In this document: piece after piece, positions 56,789 through 64,000 of the stretch
Layout of the letters: each line of letters starts with the position of its first letter
Numbering within the stretch: position 1 is the first letter of the stretch
Assembly (NCBI GenBank): GCA_963751275.1
Contig: CAVVTZ010000007.1
Coordinates: forward strand, 384,001 to 448,000
Source of the DNA: an uncultured Gemmatimonadaceae bacterium
GTDB taxonomy: Bacteria; Gemmatimonadota; Gemmatimonadetes; Gemmatimonadales; Gemmatimonadaceae
Direction: 5' to 3'
DNA: 64,000 nucleotides
Translations under genes and position numbers: made by a program
The notes under the pieces: model-generated
Told to the model about the DNA's origin: nothing
The model's input: the letters and a program-made list of their open reading frames with translations, nothing else
The model's database searches: none

Positions 56789-58324
56789 ATGATGCACACC
56801 GTCCTGCTCAGCCTGGTCGCCGCAGTCGCTCTCCCGAACAGCGCAGCTCCCGCCGCGCCGGCCGCTCCCGTTGTGGCCAGCGCCGAGCATCGCATGCGCT
56901 CCGGGGATCCCGTCATCAAGGTCTGGACCGACTGGGATCAGTACTCGCGCGGCGATAACGCCGACGTCCACGTCCGGACGCGCGAAGACGGCTACCTCAT
57001 CGTGATGCAGGCGGATGTCGACGGACGCGTGCGGGTGCTCTTCCCGCTCGATCCGACCGACGACGATTACGTGCGCGGCGGCAAGGACGTGAAGCTCCCC
57101 GGCCGGAACGGCAAGGGCACGTTCTACGTGGATGGCCCCGGCGGCATGGGCATGGTGTACGCCGCGATCTCCAGCGTGCCGTTCCGCTTCAACGATTTCG
57201 CGCAGAACGATCACTGGGACTACGGCGCGCTGTACGACAAGACGCTGGACAGCGACTTCGAGAACGGCTTCACCGTGCTGGTGAACAAGATGAGCACGGG
57301 CCACTTCGATTATGACGTCTATCGCTACGAGGTGCTCGCCCAGAGCTCGTACGCGGAGGCGCCGATCGCCTACGCCGGCCCCGCGGTCTACGGACCGTCG
57401 CCGTGCTGGGGCATCTACAACCCGTGGTGCTACGGTGGCCCGCTGCTCTATGGCGCGGGTCCCTACGCCTACGGCTATGGCGCGCCGTACTTCGGCTTCA
57501 GCTACGGGGTCGGCTATGGCTTCTCGATCGGGTTCGGCTTCGGCTGGGGCGGCTACGGCTACGGCGGCTGCTGCTATTACGGCGGCTATCCGGGCTATGG
57601 CTACGGCTATCCGGGCTACGGCTATGGTTACGGCTACCCGTACTATGGCTATCCGTACAATGGCTATGGCTACGCGTATCGACCGCCGTACACGTTCAAG
57701 CCTGGCAATCCCGCGGGCACCGGTGGCCCGGGCATTGGCTATCGTCCGCCGCTCACCGGCACGCCCGGCTCGATCGGGCACTTCACCGGCGGCACCGGCA
57801 CGCCATTCCGTCCGACCACCGGCACGCCCGGTGGATTCCTCGGTCCGGCGGTCGGTCCGCGCGGGCACGTGCCCGCCATTCACACCGGCTACACGCTTGG
57901 CGGCCGCGCGCCGGCGTTGCACACGCCGGGCTCCGAACCGCGGCACACGACCACCGAGTTGCCGACGATCATCGGACACCGGACGCCCACCGGACCTAGC
58001 GGCACGCAGGGGGCCGCGCGTCCGCAGCATTACCAGGGTCCGCCGCGCTATGTGCCGGGACGCAATGCTCCGGCGCCGCGTGGTGGTCAGCCGGCAGCCG
58101 CGCCGCGTGGCGCGCCGTCCGGTCCGAGCGGAGCGCCGCGTTCGGGCGGCGCACCGCCCGCGCACTACAGCGCGCCGCGCGGCGGCGGGTACAGCGCACC
58201 GGCTCCGCGTCCGAGCGGCGGCTCGGCTCCGCACCCGAGCGGCGGCGGATCGGCTCCGCACCCGAGTGGCGGCGGATCGGCTCCGCATCCCAGCGGCGGC
58301 GGGTTCGCGCACCGCGTCCATTAA
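56789..58324 (+). CDS. Secreted DUF4384-like protein with Gly/Tyr-rich and Pro/Gly-rich tail
   Basis: Signal peptide; Y.RGD...V.VRTREDGYL...D.DGRVRVLFP; GY repeats; PSGGGSAPH repeats. Confidence 0.75.
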   Translation: MMHTVLLSLVAAVALPNSAAPAAPAAPVVASAEHRMRSGDPVIKVWTDWDQYSRGDNADVHVRTREDGYLIVMQADVDGRVRVLFPLDPTDDDYVRGGKDVKLPGRNGKGTFYVDGPGGMGMVYAAISSVPFRFNDFAQNDHWDYGALYDKTLDSDFENGFTVLVNKMSTGHFDYDVYRYEVLAQSSYAEAPIAYAGPAVYGPSPCWGIYNPWCYGGPLLYGAGPYAYGYGAPYFGFSYGVGYGFSIGFGFGWGGYGYGGCCYYGGYPGYGYGYPGYGYGYGYPYYGYPYNGYGYAYRPPYTFKPGNPAGTGGPGIGYRPPLTGTPGSIGHFTGGTGTPFRPTTGTPGGFLGPAVGPRGHVPAIHTGYTLGGRAPALHTPGSEPRHTTTELPTIIGHRTPTGPSGTQGAARPQHYQGPPRYVPGRNAPAPRGGQPAAAPRGAPSGPSGAPRSGGAPPAHYSAPRGGGYSAPAPRPSGGSAPHPSGGGSAPHPSGGGSAPHPSGGGFAHRVH

Positions 58325-58330
58325 CGGACG

Positions 58331-59044
58331 TTGGCCGGATTCGCCGGATTCCGTCCGGCCGCTCTGAGATTCTTCCGCTCGCTCAAGCGGCACAATGAGC
58401 GAGCGTGGTTCGAGGAGCATCGCGCCACATGGGAGCAGGAAGTGCTCGGCCCCATGCGCGACTTCGTCGAGGAGATGGATGACCGGCTGGCGCGCATCGC
58501 CCCTGAGATCTGCGGCGATGCGCGCCGGTCGATCTTCCGCATCTACCGCGACGTCCGCTTCTCCCACGACAAGCGTCCATACAAGACGCACGCCGCCTGC
58601 TGGTTCTACCACCGCGATTCCGACGCGAAGGTGGGTCACGATGGCGGCGGCGCCGGATTCTATTTCCATCTCGAGCCGGGCGGCGGCGAGATCGGCGGCG
58701 GACTCTGGCGTCCCGGCCCGCCGGTGCTCAGGAAGCTCCGCGACGCGATCGCGGCCGATCCCAAAGGCTTCGCGCGCGCCGCCGATTCGCCGTCGATGCG
58801 GCGGCGCTACGGCGGGATCTCCACGAACTACGTGCTCACCCGCCTGCCGCGCGGCTTCGACGCGTCGCATCCCGCCGCGAAGTGGCTGCGCTACCAGTCG
58901 TTCACCGCGGGGCGCACGATGACGGATTCCGAGATGATCCGCCCCGACCTCGCGAAGCGGGTGGCGCTCGAGTACGCCGCGGTGCTCCCGCTCGTGCGGT
59001 GGCTCAACGCCGCGGTGGGCCTGCCGCCCGCGACGCGCCGCTGA
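58331..59044 (+). CDS. DUF2461 family protein
   Basis: HNERAWF, FRIYRDVRFSHDKRPYK, GFYFHL, GGGLW, PRGF. Confidence 0.88.
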   Translation: MAGFAGFRPAALRFFRSLKRHNERAWFEEHRATWEQEVLGPMRDFVEEMDDRLARIAPEICGDARRSIFRIYRDVRFSHDKRPYKTHAACWFYHRDSDAKVGHDGGGAGFYFHLEPGGGEIGGGLWRPGPPVLRKLRDAIAADPKGFARAADSPSMRRRYGGISTNYVLTRLPRGFDASHPAAKWLRYQSFTAGRTMTDSEMIRPDLAKRVALEYAAVLPLVRWLNAAVGLPPATRR

Positions 59045-59047
59045 CGA

Positions 59048-59827
59048 TCAGCGCTCCCCGCGCCGCGCCTCGATGATCTCGCCGGGATCGTTGCTGATGA
59101 TCCCGGTCACGCCGAGCTCCCACAACGCGATCGCATCGGCGGGCCGGTCCACGGTCCAGATGTGCACCGGCACGCCGCGCCGCTTCGCATAGCGCGCGAT
59201 GGCGCGCAGCGGCAGCGGAATGCGGTGCCAGCTCGGCGGGATCGACAACACCTCGTATCGCTCTTTGCCGGCCGGCACGCCGAGCAGCACATGCGCGAGC
59301 AGCCGCTGTACCTCGGCTTGCGAAGCGGTGACGTGCCAGAGCGGCGTGCGGAACGGCTCGAGCGCCGCGCGGTCGAACGATCCGATGACGCAGCGGTCCT
59401 CCGCGTGGTGCGCGGCGAGCAGACGCCGCAGCTCGGCGCTCGCGCCGGCGGTCTTCAGTTCGATGAGCAGCGGCGTGGAGGGGAATCGCGCGAGCACCTC
59501 CTCGATCACGGGCACGCGAATGCCCTGGCCGCGGTAGGGGAACGTGCGGCCGTCGGGGGTGAAGCGCGCGCCCGCATCGGCCGCCTGGATCTCGGCGAGC
59601 GTGAGCGCCGCGACCGCGCCCTGCCGGTCGGTCGTGCGATCGATCAGCGGATCGTGGATCACCACGACGCGGCCGTCCGCCGAGCGGTGGACGTCGAGTT
59701 CGAGCGCATCGACGCCGGCGGCGACGGCGAGTTCGAACGAAGGGAGCGTGTTCTCCGGCGCGCGGAGGGCGGCGCCGCGATGACCGATCACGATCCGGGC
59801 GCCGGTCGCGAGCAGCGCCGGGGTCAT
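59048..59827 (-). CDS. Glycerophosphodiester phosphodiesterase
   Basis: GHRGA, PENT, ELDVH, IHD, IELK, WTVD, GIISN. Confidence 0.92.
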   Translation of the reverse strand: MTPALLATGARIVIGHRGAALRAPENTLPSFELAVAAGVDALELDVHRSADGRVVVIHDPLIDRTTDRQGAVAALTLAEIQAADAGARFTPDGRTFPYRGQGIRVPVIEEVLARFPSTPLLIELKTAGASAELRRLLAAHHAEDRCVIGSFDRAALEPFRTPLWHVTASQAEVQRLLAHVLLGVPAGKERYEVLSIPPSWHRIPLPLRAIARYAKRRGVPVHIWTVDRPADAIALWELGVTGIISNDPGEIIEARRGER

Positions 59828-59831
59828 GGCC

Positions 59832-61008
59832 TCACGGCGTGGCGGACGGCGGCTTCGCGGCGGGAGTGGTCACGTCTTCCGGCGGCTTGACCACGGTCGC
59901 GCTGAGCAGCGAGCCGCCGTCTTCGTGGTAGTACGCGACGTGATGCCCGCCCGTGATGTAGCGCGCGTCGCCCATGCCGGCGGAATTCAGATTGCCGGAG
60001 GACATGATGGGCATCCGTACCGACCACTTGCGCACCACCCAGACGCCGCCGGGGAGCAGCTCGAAATCCATGCGCCCGCCGTAGCGGCGCGGCGAGACCT
60101 CCGCGAACAGATTCGTGTGACGGAATTCCATGTACCGGAGCGCGGCGGTCGCGGAGTCGAGCCACAGCGTGCCGGTCACATCCGGCGCGCTGCGCTTGAG
60201 CGCGGGCTCGAACGTGAGACCGACGAGCCCGGGGTGATCCGTGTCGAGCGAGTCGTGCCGCACCCGAAAGCAGTGCGTGCGAGCGAAGGCATCGGAGAGC
60301 AGGACGTTCGCGTCGGGCACCGCGAACACCGTGTCGCCGGACTCGAAGAATCCGGGCACCGGCTCGCCGGTGTACACCACGCGATAGCCTGAATTTCGCG
60401 AGATCCTCCGGCGACACCCCGGTCTGCCAGGGGTGCTCCAGCAGCACGGAATCGACGAGCACCTTCTCCTGGCGGACGATGAGGCTCGTGCCGTCGAGGA
60501 ACCGCGTGTAGCGCTGCCGCACCGCGAACACGAGCCGGCCCTCGAGCGCCACCTGCGTCGCGTCCAGCACCTTGCGCGCCTCTTCCCAGAGGATTGCGGT
60601 CTGCGCGCCCTCGGTGGGGCGGATGACGCAGCGCGACGACGAGCTCACGAACACGGTGGGAAGGACCACCGCCACCGATGTCGCGGTGAGGTGCGCGACG
60701 ACCGACGCGCCCGGTGCGACGGCGATCGTGTCGAATCCGTTCGCCGCGAAGCCGATGCGCTCGGCGCGCAGCCGGTACGCCCCGGCGGCGCTCAGCCTTA
60801 TCGCGAAGCGGCCGGAATCGTCACTGATCGCGCCGGCCACGCGCGTACCCGATGTGTCGAGCACAACGATGATCGCACCGAAGATCGGCGCGTGCGACGC
60901 GGCATCCGTCACGTCGCCGCGAACCACCTGCGACAATGCCGGGGACGCGACGGCGGCCGCCGCGACCACGGCGCCGGCGATCGTCGATCGAACGAGATGA
61001 TGTCGCAT
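59832..61008 (-). CDS. Secreted carboxypeptidase-regulatory-like domain protein, frameshifted near 60390
   Basis: VRGDVTD...SDDSGRF...YRLRAERIGF; continues as PDANVLLSDAF..HCF, GTLWLD in ORF 59832..60380. Confidence 0.72.
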
Positions 61009-61173
61009 GCACCCCGGTCCTGAAGAGCGTCTCCTTGGTACTATACCCCGGAGACCGCGGTTCGCCAGTTGGACGCCGGACATCGGGCCTGTCCGCCGCG
61101 CCCCGTGCATCGTAGAATGGACGCGGCGCAGCCCCTTCCGCGCGCCCATCTCTTTGACACGCCGGAGGCGCAA

Positions 61174-61734
61174 ATGGTCAACATGTACCAGTTGTGGATG
61201 CCGATCGTGCTGTCGTCGATCCTCGTGTTCATCATGAGTTCGCTGATCTGGATGGCGCTCAAGTATCACAAGAACGACATCGCCGGCCTGCCGGACGAGC
61301 CTTCAGTCCTCGACGCGATCCGGAAGCAGAAGCTCGCGCCGGGCCAGTACGCCTTTCCGTGGCACGCGGACATGGCGGCGATGAAATCGCCCGAATTCCA
61401 GAAGAAGATGACGGAGGGCCCGGTGGGAATGGTCACGATCCGGGCGCCGGGCAACGCCGGCATGGGCCCGATGCTCGGCAAGTGGTTCGTGTACCTGCTC
61501 GTGATCTCGAGCGTGGTCGCGTACGTCACCGGGCGCACGCTCACGGCGGGCGTCTCATACCTCGTGGTGTTCCGCGTGGCCGGCACGGTGGCGTTCCTCG
61601 GCTACGGCGGTGCGCACGCGATGTACGCCATCTTCTGGGGGCGCCCGTGGAGCGTCGTCTGGCGGGATATCTTCGATTCGTTCGTGTACGGCTGTCTGAC
61701 GGCCGGCGCGTTCGGCTGGCTCTGGCCGCGCTGA
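61174..61734 (+). CDS. Conserved hypothetical membrane protein
   Basis: GGAGG RBS, four TM helices, terminal GWLWPR. Confidence 0.72.
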   Translation: MVNMYQLWMPIVLSSILVFIMSSLIWMALKYHKNDIAGLPDEPSVLDAIRKQKLAPGQYAFPWHADMAAMKSPEFQKKMTEGPVGMVTIRAPGNAGMGPMLGKWFVYLLVISSVVAYVTGRTLTAGVSYLVVFRVAGTVAFLGYGGAHAMYAIFWGRPWSVVWRDIFDSFVYGCLTAGAFGWLWPR

Positions 61735-61738
61735 TCCG

Positions 61739-62401
61739 ATGAAGGAGCTGCGCCCGTCGCATCGCGAACGGGATATCCATGAGACCCGGGCGATCGCGAC
61801 GGGCGCGGCCATCGCGGTGTTGATGGTGCCGCTGCTCGCCTTTGAAGGACCGCACATGTGGGGGATCACGGGATGGTCGCTGCTGTTCTTCGTGCTGTTC
61901 GGCGCCGGCGGCACCGGCGCGCTGGCGACGGTCGCGATCATCACCGGGCTCCGCCAGACTGTCCGCGCCGCGAACGTGCTGTACAACCCGTCCGGATCCA
62001 CCACGCCGTACGAGCGCGTCTACTCGTATCAGCACGCGCTGGAGATGCGCGGCGACATCGCCGGCGCGATGGAGAGCTGGGAGGCGCTCATCAAGGAATC
62101 GCCGGGCGACGCCGCGGTGCGGTTCGCTGCCGCCGCGCTCTTCGCCGGCCGCGGCAAGAACCCCGCGCGCGCCGCTGAACTCTACCGCGAGATACGGCAG
62201 CTGCCGGGCGCGACCGTGCAGCACGAGTTCGGCGCGACGAACGCGCTGATCGATCTGTATCGTGGACCGCTGAAGGACGAGGGGCGTGAGCGCAGCGAGC
62301 TGCGCCGGTTCGCCGAGCGATTCCGCGGCACGCCGCAGGGGGAACTGGCCCGCCGCGCGCTCGAGGAATCGCGGGCCACGGCGGACGGCGCGTCCACGTG
62401 A
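61739..62401 (+). CDS. Hypothetical membrane protein with TPR-like C-terminus
   Basis: Two TM helices followed by helical repeats; coupled to neighbours. Confidence 0.62.
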   Translation: MKELRPSHRERDIHETRAIATGAAIAVLMVPLLAFEGPHMWGITGWSLLFFVLFGAGGTGALATVAIITGLRQTVRAANVLYNPSGSTTPYERVYSYQHALEMRGDIAGAMESWEALIKESPGDAAVRFAAAALFAGRGKNPARAAELYREIRQLPGATVQHEFGATNALIDLYRGPLKDEGRERSELRRFAERFRGTPQGELARRALEESRATADGAST

Positions 62402-63474
62402 GGCGCGCGGCGGCGCTCGCGGCCGTGGCCGTGCTCGTGGGCGCGGCGGCATCCCGCGCGCAGGAGTGGCAGGATTCGGCCACCGTGGTGCGCGTCTGCG
62501 CCGGCGGCGATGTGACGCTCGGCGTGAATGGCGACACCACCATCAAGAACGGCAAGCGCATTCCGCCGCGCGTGTGGCCGGCGCCGCCGGCGCTGGTCGC
62601 GCCCCTCGCGCCGTTGTTCGCCGACGCCGACATCGTGTTGCTGAACGCCGAAGGCGCGATCGGCGACAGCGCCGCCACCAAGTGCGTGACGGGCTCGAAG
62701 AACTGCTTCGCCATGCGGATGCCCGCGAGCGCGGCGCCGGCGCTGCGCGCGGTGAACGAACGGGCCGTGGTGGTCGCGAACGTCGCGAACAATCACGCAC
62801 ACGACGCGGGGGACGATGGCTTCGCGCACACACTGCGGCTCCTCGATTCCGCCGGCGTGCGCGTGACCGGCGCCGACAGCGAACCGACGATCGTCGTGAC
62901 GCGGCAGGGCGACAGCGTCGCGATCCTCGGCTTCGCGGCCTCGCCGCCGATGGATGTGCGCGATCTCGATCTCGTGCGCCGCCTGGTCGCGCGCGCCGCC
63001 GCGATCACGCCGCGCGTGGTGGTGACGATGCACCTGGGCGCGGAGGGGCCGAAGGCGCAGCGCACGAGCGACCAGAACGAGAAGTTCGTGGGCGAGGAGC
63101 GCGGCGACCCCGTGGCGTTCGCGCGCGCGGCGGTGGAGAGCGGGGCGCTGCTCGTGATCGGCCACGGCCCGCATGTGGTGCGCGGGATGCAGCGGATGGG
63201 CGCGGGGTCGCTGGTGTTCTACTCGCTGGGGAATCTCGTGAACGCCGGGCCCTTCTCGATGAAGCCTCCCAACGACCGCGGCGTCATCGTGTGCGCGGAT
63301 GTCGCTCCGCGCGCAGTACTCGGCGCGACACTTCGGCCTACGCGCCAACGCGAGCAGGGGATCGTGTCGCCCGACTTATCGGGGCGCACGATCGCCTTGA
63401 TGGATTCCCTGAGCCACTTGGATTTTCGGGATTCGACGCTGAAGCTCCGTGTCGAGGCGGTTTGGGTGCCGTAG
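62398..63474 (+). CDS. CapA (PGA_cap) family metallophosphatase-fold protein
   Basis: GDV, NAEG, ANNHAHD, MHLGAE, GHGPHV, YSLGN. Confidence 0.88.
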   Translation: MRRAAALAAVAVLVGAAASRAQEWQDSATVVRVCAGGDVTLGVNGDTTIKNGKRIPPRVWPAPPALVAPLAPLFADADIVLLNAEGAIGDSAATKCVTGSKNCFAMRMPASAAPALRAVNERAVVVANVANNHAHDAGDDGFAHTLRLLDSAGVRVTGADSEPTIVVTRQGDSVAILGFAASPPMDVRDLDLVRRLVARAAAITPRVVVTMHLGAEGPKAQRTSDQNEKFVGEERGDPVAFARAAVESGALLVIGHGPHVVRGMQRMGAGSLVFYSLGNLVNAGPFSMKPPNDRGVIVCADVAPRAVLGATLRPTRQREQGIVSPDLSGRTIALMDSLSHLDFRDSTLKLRVEAVWVP

Positions 63475-63610
63475 AGCAACTGCTTTGACAGGATTACAGG
63501 ATGAACAGGATCACTGCTGATAACAGCCTGAGGCGCGACCGCCTCAGGCTGTTATCAGCAGTGATCCTGTTCATCCTGTAATCCTGTCAAAGCCGTTGCT
63601 GTTGCTCTAC
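63471..63610. repeat. Long palindrome of the ACAGGAT family
   Basis: 54-bp perfect arms (63482-63535 and 63540-63593) flanked by GTAGAGCAAC/GTTGCTCTAC. Confidence 0.88.
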
Positions 63611-63649
63611 CCGAAACGCGCGCCGTCGCCCCGAGCGGCATCGGTACCG

Positions 63650-64000
63650 CTATTCGATCGTCGTGGTGCCCGACGGCTGTATGGGGAGCGAGAGCGACAG
63701 CGCGGCCGAGTCCGCGGGAACGAGTCGCCGCACACCCTGCCACGGCCGGATCCCCGGCGCCGGCGCGCGGAGCAAGTTGGTCTCGACGACCTTCCGCGCC
63801 TTCGAACTCGCTTGTATGAACCGGCCGTTCCCGATGTAGATCCCGATGTGCGTCACCTTCTTGCCCTTGCCGAAGGTGAGCAGATCGCCGGGGAGCAGCT
63901 GCGCGGTGTCCTTGGGGACCTCGGTGCCCACCTTCGCTTGCTCGGCGGCGGTGCGGGGGACGGTCAGGTTCAGTCCGGTGAGGACATACGCCACGAGACC
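63650..64000 (-). CDS. NlpC/P60 (C40) peptidase, N-terminus outside window
   Basis: PRTAAEQ, PGDLLTF, HIGIYIGNGRFIQAS. Confidence 0.88.
   Translation of the reverse strand, partial: GLVAYVLTGLNLTVPRTAAEQAKVGTEVPKDTAQLLPGDLLTFGKGKKVTHIGIYIGNGRFIQASSKARKVVETNLLRAPAPGIRPWQGVRRLVPADSAALSLSLPIQPSGTTTIE

Overview
High-GC bacterial chromosomal window. The expanded Ser/Thr kinase-TPR family, Ig-repeat lipoproteins and carboxypeptidase-regulatory-domain protein suggest Gemmatimonadota (inference). It carries housekeeping and metal-homeostasis genes: mntH-usp-mntR with an operator, copZ-copA-csoR with an operator, rnz, an acyl-CoA dehydrogenase, and tRNA-Ala(CGC) and tRNA-Gln(CTG). It also has secreted proteins, a likely 3-ketoglycoside catabolic cluster and several long intergenic palindromes. 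The strongest candidate for a poorly described system is a tightly coupled five-gene operon at 35392-42976 (minus strand). It encodes a di-heme-b-like membrane protein, a membrane-anchored 2x[4Fe-4S] flavoprotein whose TrxR-like motifs appear circularly permuted, 23-heme and 19-heme cytochromes c built from tri-heme repeats, and an outer-membrane beta-barrel. Together these could form a complete NAD(P)H-to-cell-surface electron conduit, preceded by a sigma54-like promoter. At least eight genes are frameshifted, most likely from long-read consensus errors, and four of the breaks share one RCATC context. All product calls come from motif recognition, not database searches.
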